Of a stretch of 64,000 nucleotides of DNA, positions 1-9,890 are shown one piece after another. Position 1 is the stretch's first letter, and each line of letters starts with the position of its first letter. The DNA is taken from the NCBI GenBank assembly GCA_051880175.1, contig JBJENM010000162.1, forward strand, positions 17,071-81,070, read 5' to 3'. Both the position numbers and the translations under genes were made by a program. This DNA comes from Agathobacter sp. Its GTDB lineage: Bacteria; Bacillota; Clostridia; Lachnospirales; Lachnospiraceae. Below the pieces are notes generated by a model. It did not search any database, was not told the DNA's origin, and saw only the letters and a list, made by a program, of their open reading frames with translations.

Positions 1-28
1 AATGATACTCTTTTTTTCATGCTGCCTC

Positions 29-1477
29 CTACGCAATATAGCTTAATGGGATTCGTACATCAAAGGTTGTACCTTCTCCCAGCGCACTATATACCTTAAT
101 TGCACCACGATGCATCAGAATACTGCTTCTTGTAATGGCAAGTCCAAGTCCTGTTCCTCCGATTTCTCTGGAATGGGACTTATCCACCCGGTAAAAACGC
201 TCATAAATATGGTCTAAGGATTCCTCCGGTATTCCAATACCGTTATCCTCTACCTTCAGATAAAAATACTGATAATCTGCATTGATGGATACGTGTACAT
301 ATCCGGTTCCGTCATTTCGGTTATACTTAATGGCATTTTCCACCAGATTGGTAATTGCAAGCGTCAGCTTTACTTCATCAATTTCTGCCGTGATCGGACG
401 AAAGCTTTCCAGCACCAGTTCAACCTGCTGCTTATCCGCAATCGGCTGTAGTCTGGTCAATATCTGCTCTAAAAGCTCATTCATATTCACAGTGGTGATA
501 TTCAAATCCGCCGCAGACTTATCCATTTTTACAAGAGACAGTAAATCATTGATAATCTTTGTCTCCCGCTCAATCTCATTCGTAATGTCCCCCATAAATT
601 CCTGGTACATTTCCTTTGGGGCATCCGGCATGCTGTTGATGGAATCCGCCAGAACCTTAATCGAGGTCATTGGGGTCTTAAGTTCATGGGACACATTGGA
701 TACGAACTCCTGTCTGGACTGGTCCATCACCTTCATCTGAGCCAGCATGTTATTAAAATTCTCACAGATTTCTATTGTTTCCGTATAATCATTGACTTCC
801 AGCTGATCGCTGCCATATCCGGCATGAATCAAAGCGATATCGTCGGATACTTTCCGAATCGGCCGCATCAAATACAGAATCATCAGAATGGCAAAAAAGA
901 GCGTGGTAAAGAAAGCAATTAAAAAGATGATGGTTGCTACCCGTCTTAAGTAAATTGCATTCAATGTAATATTATCGGTGGACACGCTTACCACCAGCAC
1001 ACCGCGAATGGTTTCTGTCTTATCGTCCGGCTCAATAATTGGAATCGTAAGCTCGATATAATGATTCTCGGAATCGTAGTTTGTAATGGTCTGTCCATTT
1101 AAGCTTCGAATGACCTCTTCGGATATGATCGTGTGATGAAGATCCATATTGTAGGTATCATAAATAATACGGCAGGCATTATTTACAATCATGACTCGCC
1201 CATCGTAGATTGTCGTCAGCATACTGATCTGAGTCTGAATGATCTCGGTACTCTGATCCGTATCTGTCATATATTTGCTTGTGGATACCTGGTTTGCCAG
1301 AATCTTGGCCTGACTGAGCACTTCACTTTCACGAATGGAAACCGCACGCCTTACATAGGAATACAGTACGCCCTCATACAACACAAAGGCTGGTAAAAAT
1401 GTGATAACCAGTATCAAAGCCATCAGTCTGAATTTTAAACTTTTAAAAAATGCAGTAATCCGTTTATTTTTTTTCAT
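29..1477 (-). CDS. Membrane sensor histidine kinase (HAMP-HisKA-HATPase)
   Basis: Two TM segments; H-box FVSNVSHELKTP; N box NLVENAIKY; G boxes DNGIGI and GGTGLGLAI. Confidence 0.95.
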   Translation of the reverse strand: MKKNKRITAFFKSLKFRLMALILVITFLPAFVLYEGVLYSYVRRAVSIRESEVLSQAKILANQVSTSKYMTDTDQSTEIIQTQISMLTTIYDGRVMIVNNACRIIYDTYNMDLHHTIISEEVIRSLNGQTITNYDSENHYIELTIPIIEPDDKTETIRGVLVVSVSTDNITLNAIYLRRVATIIFLIAFFTTLFFAILMILYLMRPIRKVSDDIALIHAGYGSDQLEVNDYTETIEICENFNNMLAQMKVMDQSRQEFVSNVSHELKTPMTSIKVLADSINSMPDAPKEMYQEFMGDITNEIERETKIINDLLSLVKMDKSAADLNITTVNMNELLEQILTRLQPIADKQQVELVLESFRPITAEIDEVKLTLAITNLVENAIKYNRNDGTGYVHVSINADYQYFYLKVEDNGIGIPEESLDHIYERFYRVDKSHSREIGGTGLGLAITRSSILMHRGAIKVYSALGEGTTFDVRIPLSYIA

Positions 1478-1492
1478 AAACAGCCCCGTTCT

Positions 1493-2188
1493 TTATTTCT
1501 GATAGTAGTAATAACCCACGCCCCACTTTGTGTGCACATACTTTGGCTCACTCGGATTTGTTTCGATTTTCTCCCGGAGTCTTCTGACATGAACATCAAC
1601 GGTTCTCGCATCTCCCGGATAGTCAGCTCCCCATACCGTCTCCAAAAGATTTTCCCTGCTGTAAACCTTGTTTTCATTTCTTACCAGATGCTCTAACAGA
1701 TCAAATTCTTTTGCCGTCAGATTGATTTCTTTTCCTAATATGAAAAGTCTTCTGCTGTCCACATCCAACTTTAAATCCTTCTTTTCAATCACGGATGGAT
1801 TTTCCTCCGTCTTTACTGCCGGACCGGATGTTCTTCTCATGATTGCTTTGATTCTGGCCTTTACCTCTAAGATATTGAAGGGCTTTGTGATGTAGTCGTC
1901 TGCACCATATTCCAGACCAAGGATCTTATCCATGTCATCACCTTTTGCAGTCAGCATCACAATTGGCATATTGGAAAATTCCCGAATTGCCTGACACACT
2001 TCAAATCCGTCCATTTTTGGAAGCATGACGTCCAACAGAATCATGTCGTAGGAAGTCGCTTTTGCCATATTCAGTGCCTCTTCGCCGTCATATGCACAGT
2101 CCACTTCCATTCCATCCTGCTCTAAGCTGAAACGGATTCCTTTCACGATTAATTTTTCATCATCCACAACGAGAACTTTCTTTGCCAT
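1493..2188 (-). CDS. OmpR/WalR-like response regulator
   Basis: Receiver motifs VLVVDDE, LLDVMLP, ITKPF; winged-helix RTVDVHVRRLREKIE; start placed at MAKKV. Confidence 0.95.
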   Translation of the reverse strand: MAKKVLVVDDEKLIVKGIRFSLEQDGMEVDCAYDGEEALNMAKATSYDMILLDVMLPKMDGFEVCQAIREFSNMPIVMLTAKGDDMDKILGLEYGADDYITKPFNILEVKARIKAIMRRTSGPAVKTEENPSVIEKKDLKLDVDSRRLFILGKEINLTAKEFDLLEHLVRNENKVYSRENLLETVWGADYPGDARTVDVHVRRLREKIETNPSEPKYVHTKWGVGYYYYQK

Positions 2189-2196
2189 GTCGCACC

Positions 2197-2880
2197 TCAT
2201 TCAACTGTGATATATTCTTTCATCTTTTCAAACAGCCCATCTTTGATGCCTGAGATATTCATTACCTCTTCCACTTTTGAAAATGCACCGTTCTTTTCTC
2301 TATAAGAAATAATACTGTCCGCTTTCGACTCTCCGATTCCCGGAATCGTCATCAGCTGCTCTTTGCTGGCGGTATTTATGTTTACTTTCCCACTCGAAGA
2401 ATCTGCTTCATCTGTCGCATCCTCCGGGGAGGCTTTCTGTTCCAGCACATCCCAATTCCGTTCCTTGGCCTCTTCTTCGGTAGGAATATAGATCATCTGA
2501 CCATCCGCAAGCTTCTCTGCCATATTCCAATAGTCCTGTGCCGCGTTTTCACAAAAACCCCCGGCAGCCTCTATGGCATCACAGATTCTGGGAACTCCCT
2601 GCAAAATATAGACACCGGGGCTTTGGACTGCGCCGCAGACATACACGTAAACCTCCGGTTCCGAAAGTCCGTTTTCCTGCTCTGTATCCTGCTGCCGGAA
2701 AGTCTCCTTCGGTTCCTCTTTCATACTGTCCGCTTCCACTTCTTCCGCCGCATCCTCCGTCGCAGCCTCGGTCTCTTCCGACGCAACGATGAATGCATTT
2801 TTGTTTTTCCCGCAACCAGCCGCCAAAAGGCATAGTCCAACTGTGCATCCTATAAGTATTACTCTTATTCTATTTTTCAT
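2197..2880 (-). CDS. comEA: ComEA-family DNA-binding protein (SLBB + helix-hairpin-helix)
   Basis: VYVCGAVQSPGVY SLBB motif; KVNINTAS...IPGIGESKA HhH; N-terminal lipoprotein-like signal; RBS GGAAGGAG. Confidence 0.88.
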   Translation of the reverse strand: MKNRIRVILIGCTVGLCLLAAGCGKNKNAFIVASEETEAATEDAAEEVEADSMKEEPKETFRQQDTEQENGLSEPEVYVYVCGAVQSPGVYILQGVPRICDAIEAAGGFCENAAQDYWNMAEKLADGQMIYIPTEEEAKERNWDVLEQKASPEDATDEADSSSGKVNINTASKEQLMTIPGIGESKADSIISYREKNGAFSKVEEVMNISGIKDGLFEKMKEYITVE

Positions 2881-2970
2881 AATTCTCCTTCCCATTTGGG
2901 AAAGAGTACAAGCACACAGACTATTTTAACGACTTTTTACAACTATTACAAGTATATTTCATTTTTGTTT

Positions 2971-3011
2971 AAAAAATCCACATCAGAATATATCGGTTTC
3001 TGATGTGGATT
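2971..3011 (-). terminator. Intrinsic terminator of the arg operon
   Basis: 14-bp stem AATCCACATCAGAA/TTCTGATGTGGATT followed by a U-tract on the minus strand. Confidence 0.75.
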
Positions 3012-3035
3012 CCCAGTTCGTATCCATTCTGTTTA

Positions 3036-3215
3036 TCCCTTTTCGGATTTGTGTTCCTAAGAATGAATTTTGCTATTTGAATCAGAACGTTTAAAAAGCG
3101 TCGGCACTTAATGAGCAATTTATTGCGAATTTAGTGCTGCTACGCTTTTTACAAACGAGAGTGGGTTCTGATTCGAATATGCAAATTCATTCGGGAACAC
3201 ATTTCCGAAATGGGA
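3036..3215. repeat. ~180-bp hairpin element (MITE/REP-like), full copy A
   Basis: Long imperfect inverted repeat TTTCGGATTTGTGTTCC..GAATGAATTTTGC / GCAAATTCATTC..GGAACACATTTCCGAAA; near-identical to copies at 5830 and 27113. Confidence 0.9.
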
Positions 3216-3224
3216 GTTTTATTT

Positions 3225-4433
3225 TTATTCCTGACTTGCAGCTACTGCATCTAATGCTTTTTCCAGCTTTCCTATCATCTCATCGACATGTTCCTTTTCA
3301 ATGATAAGCGGCGGAACAAAACGCAGCACATTGCTCCCGGCGGTAATGACGATAAGTCCTTCCTCTAATGCCTTTGCAGAAACCTTTCCCACCGGAAGTG
3401 TACATTCCACTCCCTGCATAAGTCCCATTCCACGGCGGGCGGTAAGACAGTCATATTTTTCCACAAGCAGGTCTAACTGCTCGGATAGATATACGGAAAT
3501 TTCTTTTACGTGATCTGTAAGCTTAAGCTCCGCGAACTGGTCAAATACGCAGGATACTGCTGCTCCCACAAAAGGATTTCCGCCATAGGTCGTTCCGTGA
3601 TCTCCGGGTGCAAGGGATTTGTCCGCCACCTTCTGCGTCATTAAAAATGCGCCTACCGGAACACCGCAGCCTAAGGCTTTGGCAACAGTCATAATGTCCG
3701 GTTTTACCTTATAGTTCTGCCATGCAAACATCTCTCCGGTCCGGCCCATTCCGCACTGAATCTCATCTAAAATAAGAAGGATATCCTTCTCATCACAAAG
3801 GGCCCGGACACCCTCCAAAAATTTGGGGTCCGCCGGATAAATTCCGCCCTCTCCCTGCACCGTTTCCATAATAATTGCACAAGTCTTATCCGTTACCTGC
3901 GCCTTCACGCTTTCCAAATCATTAAAATCCGCAAACTTTACTCCGGGAAGAAGCGGTTCAAAAGGCTCCTGATAGTGCGCATTTCCCGTTACGGAAAGAG
4001 CTCCAAGACTTCTTCCGTGGAAGGAATGATTCATGGCAATAATCTCATGACCTGCATGACCATCCCTGGTAAATGCATATTTCTTTGCTGCCTTGATGGC
4101 TCCTTCAATGGCCTCTGTTCCGCTGTTTGTAAAGAATACCCGGTCCATTTTGCTGGCCTTAAGCACCTTTTCTGCCGCAGCAATTGTGGGCGGATTATAG
4201 TAAAGATTGGAAGTATGAATCAGGCTTTCTACCTGAGTCTTTAATGCATTTTTATAGGCCTCGTTGCTGTAGCCTAAGGCACATACTGCGATTCCGGCAG
4301 CAAAATCAAGATACTTTTTCCCGTCCGTATCGTAGAGATATACTCCCTCGCCATGATCTAAGACAAGGGAAAACCGATTATAGGTATGAAGCAGATTTTC
4401 CTCTGCGCTGTCAATATACTGCTCTTTATTCAT
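3225..4433 (-). CDS. argD: Acetylornithine aminotransferase
   Basis: Class III aminotransferase motifs [29 protein letters not shown]; arg cluster context. Confidence 0.95.
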   Translation of the reverse strand: MNKEQYIDSAEENLLHTYNRFSLVLDHGEGVYLYDTDGKKYLDFAAGIAVCALGYSNEAYKNALKTQVESLIHTSNLYYNPPTIAAAEKVLKASKMDRVFFTNSGTEAIEGAIKAAKKYAFTRDGHAGHEIIAMNHSFHGRSLGALSVTGNAHYQEPFEPLLPGVKFADFNDLESVKAQVTDKTCAIIMETVQGEGGIYPADPKFLEGVRALCDEKDILLILDEIQCGMGRTGEMFAWQNYKVKPDIMTVAKALGCGVPVGAFLMTQKVADKSLAPGDHGTTYGGNPFVGAAVSCVFDQFAELKLTDHVKEISVYLSEQLDLLVEKYDCLTARRGMGLMQGVECTLPVGKVSAKALEEGLIVITAGSNVLRFVPPLIIEKEHVDEMIGKLEKALDAVAASQE

Positions 4434-5325
4434 TGTAAAATCTATCCTCCTGATCGCCTAAAATAGCTGTACCAATTCCCTTATTCGTAAAGATTTCAAG
4501 AAGCAGGCAGTGTGCGATTCTTCCATCCAGAATATGAACACGGGATACCCCGTTCTCAATGGCATCAATACAATTGTTCAGCTTTGGAAGCATTCCTCCT
4601 CCGATAAAGCCCTCCCCGATGAGTTCCTTTGCTTCTGAGATTGTAAGCTCTGAAATCAGGGTGTTTTTATCATCCGGGTCCTTATATACCCCTTCAATAT
4701 CCGTAAGAAAAGCCAGTTTCTCAGCCTCTACTGCTCTTGCAATAGCACAGGCAGCATCGTCGGCGTTGATGTTGTAGGTATTGTACTCATCGTCCATACC
4801 GATAGGACAGACGATTGGGAGAAAATCCTTCTCTAAAAGATCATACAGAATCTTTGGATTTACCTCTGTGATTTCACCCACAAATCCGATATCCTCTCCA
4901 CCGGAAAGCTTTTTCTTCACCTTAAGAAGCCCGCCGTCTTTTCCGCTGATACCAACAGACAGTACTCCCAACTCCTGAACCAGCTTTACCAGTGACTTGT
5001 TTACCTTATTTAATACCATTTCTGCGATTTCCATGGTTGCTTCATCGGTCTTTCGAAGTCCGTTGACAAATACAGGCTCCATGCCCACCTTTCCAACCCA
5101 GCGGCTGATTTCCTTACCGCCGCCATGCACAATGATGGGCTTAAATCCAACCAGCTTTAACAGTGTCACATCCTGAATCACCTGCTTTTTCAGTTTTTCA
5201 TCCACCATTGCGGATCCGCCGTATTTTACTACAATAATCTTGCGGTTAAATCTCTGAATATATGGCAGTGCCTCAATAAGCACCTGTGCCTTTGCCAAAA
5301 GTTCATCCATATTCTGTTCTGCCAT
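4426..5325 (-). CDS. argB: Acetylglutamate kinase
   Basis: [26 protein letters not shown] motifs. Confidence 0.97.
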   Translation of the reverse strand: MAEQNMDELLAKAQVLIEALPYIQRFNRKIIVVKYGGSAMVDEKLKKQVIQDVTLLKLVGFKPIIVHGGGKEISRWVGKVGMEPVFVNGLRKTDEATMEIAEMVLNKVNKSLVKLVQELGVLSVGISGKDGGLLKVKKKLSGGEDIGFVGEITEVNPKILYDLLEKDFLPIVCPIGMDDEYNTYNINADDAACAIARAVEAEKLAFLTDIEGVYKDPDDKNTLISELTISEAKELIGEGFIGGGMLPKLNNCIDAIENGVSRVHILDGRIAHCLLLEIFTNKGIGTAILGDQEDRFYNE

Positions 5326-5341
5326 TTCTTTATCCCCTTTT

Positions 5342-5794
5342 CTATTGATTAAATTTTGTTATATTTGCTTCGTTTAATGTGAAATCATAATAGTTTAAAT
5401 CCTCCCGGAAGGTCCATCCTTCTCCCTTCCAGAACTGATTTCCCACTTCATTGGATTTAAATGCAATGATATTTACCTTATTGATCTGTTCTGCCTGGAG
5501 TGCTCTCATGCATGCAACTGCCATGGATTTTCCAATTCCGTTTTTTCGGTATTTTTCATGCACGCACACATGATACATGCAGCCCCGTCGGCCATCATGC
5601 CCACACAAAATTGCCCCTACAATTTTTCCATCGCAGACAGCAACCATACTGGTAGATGGATTTCGTTTTAAAAAGCGCTCCACGCCTTCCCTTGAATCAT
5701 CGATGGACCGGATTCCAAACCCATGAATACTCATCCAAAGCTTGTATACCTCATCATAATCCAGAAGCGTCATTACGCGTATTTCATAATTCAT
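5342..5794 (-). CDS. GNAT N-acetyltransferase (YpeA-like) in the arg operon
   Basis: GHDGRRG and YRKNGIGK acetyl-CoA motif; start at MNYEIR after RBS AGAGGA; the longer ORF start lies in the repeat element. Confidence 0.85.
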   Translation of the reverse strand: MNYEIRVMTLLDYDEVYKLWMSIHGFGIRSIDDSREGVERFLKRNPSTSMVAVCDGKIVGAILCGHDGRRGCMYHVCVHEKYRKNGIGKSMAVACMRALQAEQINKVNIIAFKSNEVGNQFWKGEGWTFREDLNYYDFTLNEANITKFNQ

Positions 5795-5829
5795 TTGAAA
5801 ACTTCCTCTTTCCACATACAATTTCTGTT

Positions 5830-6010
5830 CTCCTATTTCAGAAAAGTGTTCCCGAGAATGAATTTTGCCATTTGAATCAGAACGTTTAAAAAGCGTCGGC
5901 ACTTAATGAGCAATTTATTGCGAATTTAGTACCGCTACGCTTTTTACAAACGAGAGTGGGTTCTGATTCAAATATGCAAATTCATTCAAAACACTTTTCC
6001 GAAAAGGAAG
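5830..6010. repeat. ~180-bp hairpin element, full copy B, between argC and GNAT
   Basis: Core GAATCAGAACGTTTAAAAAGCGTCGGCACTTAATGAGCAATTTATTGCGAATTTAGT identical to copy A. Confidence 0.9.
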
Positions 6011-6014
6011 TCCA

Positions 6015-7073
6015 TTATGGGAACATCGGAACCATCTTCAGTCCCTCTGCCTCATCAAAGCCGAACATTAGGTTCATATTCTGAACTGCCTGACCGGCAG
6101 CACCTTTTACCAGATTGTCAATGGCTCCCATCATTACAATGCGTCCGGTTCTCTCATCAATCACAAAGTTGATATCCACATAATTGCTTCCTTCTACCCA
6201 CTTTGTCTCCGGGCACATTCCCTTTTTCAGTACTCTTACAAAACGTTCCTTTCCATAATACTGATCATACACAGCCTTTACTTCCTCGTAGGTCGGATAG
6301 GTTCCATCTGCCTTCTTATTTAAAGAAGCATATTCTGTCGCAAGGATTCCGCGATTCATTGGAACAAGATGCGGTGTGAAGCTTACAAGAATTTCTTTTC
6401 CGGCAGCATATCCCAATTGTTCCTCAATCTCCGGGGTATGTCGGTGGCTTGCCACGCCGTAGGCTTTCATGCTCTCGTTCACCTCACAGAACAGGTTTGG
6501 CATTTTCGCACTTCTTCCTGCTCCTGAGGTTCCTGATTTTGCATCAATAATCAGGGTATCCGGGTCAATCAGACCTTCCTTCACAAGGGGATACGCCGTA
6601 AGAATGGAGCAGGTGGTATAGCAGCCCGGATTGGCAATCAGGCGGGTATGTTCGGTCACCTTATCACGATTAATCTCACAAAGCCCATATACGGCTTCTT
6701 CAATAAACTGCGGGCTCTTGTGTTCAATTTTGTACCATTTCTCATAAGTAGCAACATCCTTGATACGAAAATCTGCGGAAAGATCAATAATCTTTACTTT
6801 ATGTAATATCTCTTCCGACAAAATTCCTGCCAGATATCCCTGTGGAGTTGCCGTAAAAATAACATCTACCAGATTCGCAAGCTCATCAATATTATCATCC
6901 AGACACTTTGCGTCTACGATTTGAAACATATTTCCGTATACATCCGCATAGTCCATATCTACATAACTACGGGATCCGTACCATGCAATCTCCACTTCCT
7001 TATGATTCATCAAAATGCGAACCAGCTCTGCTCCCGCATATCCGGTAGCACCTATAATTCCAACTTTAATCAT
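6015..7073 (-). CDS. argC: N-acetyl-gamma-glutamyl-phosphate reductase
   Basis: GATGYAG, ANPGCY, HRHTPEI, DNLVKGAAGQAVQN motifs; start at MIKVG. Confidence 0.97.
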   Translation of the reverse strand: MIKVGIIGATGYAGAELVRILMNHKEVEIAWYGSRSYVDMDYADVYGNMFQIVDAKCLDDNIDELANLVDVIFTATPQGYLAGILSEEILHKVKIIDLSADFRIKDVATYEKWYKIEHKSPQFIEEAVYGLCEINRDKVTEHTRLIANPGCYTTCSILTAYPLVKEGLIDPDTLIIDAKSGTSGAGRSAKMPNLFCEVNESMKAYGVASHRHTPEIEEQLGYAAGKEILVSFTPHLVPMNRGILATEYASLNKKADGTYPTYEEVKAVYDQYYGKERFVRVLKKGMCPETKWVEGSNYVDINFVIDERTGRIVMMGAIDNLVKGAAGQAVQNMNLMFGFDEAEGLKMVPMFP

Positions 7074-7215
7074 GAAAATTCCCCTCTTTCTATGCATACT
7101 GCTCTGTATACACGTTCTTATTATGTAATCTTTCTGCAAATCCTGCAAAAAGCATATGTTCTATAATAATATAGTATACCTTTCCCTATCCGTAAAGAGA
7201 AAATATTCACAAATT

Positions 7216-7253
7216 TTTGCATATTTATTCATTTTTTTGTATATTTTTTCACT
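7216..7253. promoter_or_regulatory. Tandem ARG boxes (ArgR operator)
   Basis: TTTGCATATTTATTCATT and TTTGTATATTTTTTCACT, 2 bp apart, match the 18-bp ARG box; lie between divergent argC and argG. Confidence 0.8.
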
Positions 7254-7281
7254 TGCAAACAAACAGAAGTTGTTATATAGT
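7253..7281 (+). promoter_or_regulatory. Sigma-A promoter of argG
   Basis: TTGCAA-N17-TATAGT abutting the ARG boxes. Confidence 0.6.
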
Positions 7282-7358
7282 TAATCTAGTTTTTAGCGCA
7301 ATTTAGCGCTTTCTGTTTTGAATTAAATTTTTTGATATACAAGAAAGGATACTGCGTT

Positions 7359-8582
7359 ATGAAAGAAAAAGTTGTATTAGCGTACTCCGGTGGTCTTGAT
7401 ACTACCGCAATTATTCCCTGGTTAAAGGAAACCTATGATTATGAAGTTGTCTGCTGCTGTATCAACTGTGGACAGGGCGAAGAATTGGATGGACTGGAAG
7501 AACGTGCAAAGCTTTCCGGTGCTTCCAAATTATATATTGAAGATATTGTGGATGAATTCTGTGAGGATTATATCATTCCATGTGTACAGGCCGGCGCTGT
7601 ATATGAACACAAATATCTTCTCGGAACCTCTATGGCGCGTCCGGGAATTGCAAAGAAACTGGTAGAGATTGCCCGCAAAGAAGGCGCTGTTGCCATCTGT
7701 CATGGTGCAACCGGAAAAGGAAACGACCAGATCCGCTTCGAGCTTGGTATCAAAGCCCTTGCTCCGGATATCAAGGTCATTGCTCCTTGGAGATTAGATA
7801 CCTGGAAAATGGATTCCCGGGAGGCTGAAATTGAATATTGCCGGGCACATGGAATCGATCTTCCATTCTCCACTGATTCCAGCTACAGCCGTGACCGTAA
7901 TCTCTGGCACATCAGCCATGAAGGACTTGAGCTTGAGGATCCATCCCTTGAGCCAAATTATGACCATATGCTTGTTCTTAGCGTTACTCCGGAAAAAGCT
8001 CCGGATGAAGGAGAATATGTAACCATGACCTTCGAAAAGGGAGTTCCAAAGACCGTCAACGGAAAAGAGATGAAGGTTTCCGATATCATCCGCGAATTAA
8101 ACCGTCTCGGCGGTAAACACGGAATCGGTATTGTTGATATTGTAGAGAATCGTGTTGTTGGTATGAAGTCCCGTGGTGTATATGAGACTCCCGGCGGAAC
8201 CATTCTTATGGAGGCACATGACCAGCTTGAAGAATTATGCCTTGACCGTGCCACAATGGAAATGAAAAAAGAGATTGGAAACAAGCTCGCCCAGGTAGTA
8301 TACGAAGGAAAATGGTTCACTCCTCTTCGTGAGGCACTTCAGGCATTTGTAACCTCTACCCAGGAATATGTAACCGGTGAAGTGAAATTCAAGCTTTATA
8401 AAGGAAACATTATCAAAGCCGGTACCACTTCTCCGTATTCACTTTACAGTGATACCCTTGCAAGCTTTACAACCGGTGACCAGTATGACCATCATGATGC
8501 AGACGGCTTCATCACCTTATTCGGACTTCCACTCAAGGTTCGCGCAATGATGCTTCAGAATACGGAAAAGAAGACAAATTAG
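7359..8582 (+). CDS. argG: Argininosuccinate synthase
   Basis: [30 protein letters not shown] motifs. Confidence 0.97.
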   Translation: MKEKVVLAYSGGLDTTAIIPWLKETYDYEVVCCCINCGQGEELDGLEERAKLSGASKLYIEDIVDEFCEDYIIPCVQAGAVYEHKYLLGTSMARPGIAKKLVEIARKEGAVAICHGATGKGNDQIRFELGIKALAPDIKVIAPWRLDTWKMDSREAEIEYCRAHGIDLPFSTDSSYSRDRNLWHISHEGLELEDPSLEPNYDHMLVLSVTPEKAPDEGEYVTMTFEKGVPKTVNGKEMKVSDIIRELNRLGGKHGIGIVDIVENRVVGMKSRGVYETPGGTILMEAHDQLEELCLDRATMEMKKEIGNKLAQVVYEGKWFTPLREALQAFVTSTQEYVTGEVKFKLYKGNIIKAGTTSPYSLYSDTLASFTTGDQYDHHDADGFITLFGLPLKVRAMMLQNTEKKTN

Positions 8583-8592
8583 AATCTTTCTT

Positions 8593-8940
8593 GAATGAAT
8601 TTGCAAATTTGAATCAGAATTGCGGAATTTGGCATGATTTGAGGTTCTAGAACTGTCGTATACCTAAAATCTTTGAAAAACAGCTTCAAATTGCGGATTT
8701 TTCATGCGAATTGTATTATTTTGAGGAGTGGACTTCGCGGTATACCTAATATTTGCAATTTCTTAGGTACAGGCTAAAATTGATCCGGCGAAAACATACA
8801 ATCGACCATAAAAAGCGCTTAAAATGTCGCTTTTTTCATAAATTTTAGGTACTGGAAGAAAATCAACCAGCGAAATAATACAATTTACCAAGCAAGCATG
8901 AAGCAAAATTCATTTTCAGGAACACAATTCCGAAAAGGGA
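8593..8940. repeat. Hairpin-element termini enclosing an 82-bp-period palindromic motif array (copy F)
   Basis: Begins GAATGAATTTGCAAATTTGAATCAGAA and ends GCAAAATTCATT..GGAACACAATTCCGAAAAGGGA; internal TACCTAA at 8661 and 8743, TTAGGTA at 8763 and 8845. Confidence 0.75.
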
Positions 8941-8945
8941 CTTCT

Positions 8946-8989
8946 AAAAAAATCCGCCCACTTTTCATAAAAGTGGACGGATATTTTTT
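8946..8989. terminator. Bidirectional terminator between argG and the DUF2225-like gene
   Basis: ATCCGCCCACTTTT/AAAAGTGGACGGAT stem flanked by A and T tracts. Confidence 0.8.
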
Positions 8990-8999
8990 ATTGTTATAA

Positions 9000-9881
9000 C
9001 TATTGTGCGGTTCCTCGTAAAATTGTGATAATTTCCTGCTTTAAATCCAACGCACGGTCCTTAATTGCTCTGGGGGCCGTCTTCGATACAAGAATTCGGC
9101 TGACAAGCTTTGATGCCACATCATATTTTTCCAGTTTAATTGCCATCTGTGCAATCAGAATATACATCGTATTCTGATCCATTCCACAGATTGGAAACGA
9201 CTCAGAAGCCACTGCCTTTATCAACCCTTCAAATGCCTGTGCATAATATGACAATTCCTCTTTTTCACATCGCTTTATGGTCTCGGAATCTTTGCTTGCA
9301 CCTTTCGCAAGAAGCTCTTCTATTTTTCCTCTGCAAAGCCAGGACATCTTAAGACAGGTGTATGCCTTCTCACTTATCGTTCCTTTTTTTACTACCGTAT
9401 TATACAAAGACAGCTTGTAACGTTCCAGTGCCACGTCATAATCATAGGTTTCCGGCACATCCAGTAAGCTACTGTTAAATTTGCTGCACACCCCATCGCG
9501 AATCAGACGAATCTGAAGCGGGGACAAATGATCAAAATAACGGGTCATTCCCGTATAGCCGCAATATGGGCAGGAGTACACATCATATTTTAAGGTATCC
9601 ACGCCTTTGTATCGTGGTCTCAAATCCTTGTCCGGTGGCAATCTTCTAAGCTTGGATGATCTTACCGATAATGCTTTGAATTTATGATCGCATACCGTGC
9701 AGGTCAGTTCCCTTTGGAAAAGCAGTTCCGCTTCATCCATGTCATCAACGGTTTTCGACGCTTCCGCAGTTGCAGTCTCTTCCTTCTTTTCTTTTTCCTC
9801 CGGCTTTTCCTCGGAAAACAGATCCCCCATGTCTTCCATATTCAAGCCAAATTTTTCTAATCCGCCAAAAATGTTATCCAT
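9000..9881 (-). CDS. DUF2225-like protein (Zn-ribbon + helical repeats)
   Basis: CTVC and CPYCGY pairs, D.DLRPRY motif, helical C-terminus. Confidence 0.7.
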   Translation of the reverse strand: MDNIFGGLEKFGLNMEDMGDLFSEEKPEEKEKKEETATAEASKTVDDMDEAELLFQRELTCTVCDHKFKALSVRSSKLRRLPPDKDLRPRYKGVDTLKYDVYSCPYCGYTGMTRYFDHLSPLQIRLIRDGVCSKFNSSLLDVPETYDYDVALERYKLSLYNTVVKKGTISEKAYTCLKMSWLCRGKIEELLAKGASKDSETIKRCEKEELSYYAQAFEGLIKAVASESFPICGMDQNTMYILIAQMAIKLEKYDVASKLVSRILVSKTAPRAIKDRALDLKQEIITILRGTAQ

Positions 9882-9890
9882 TGCTACTCC

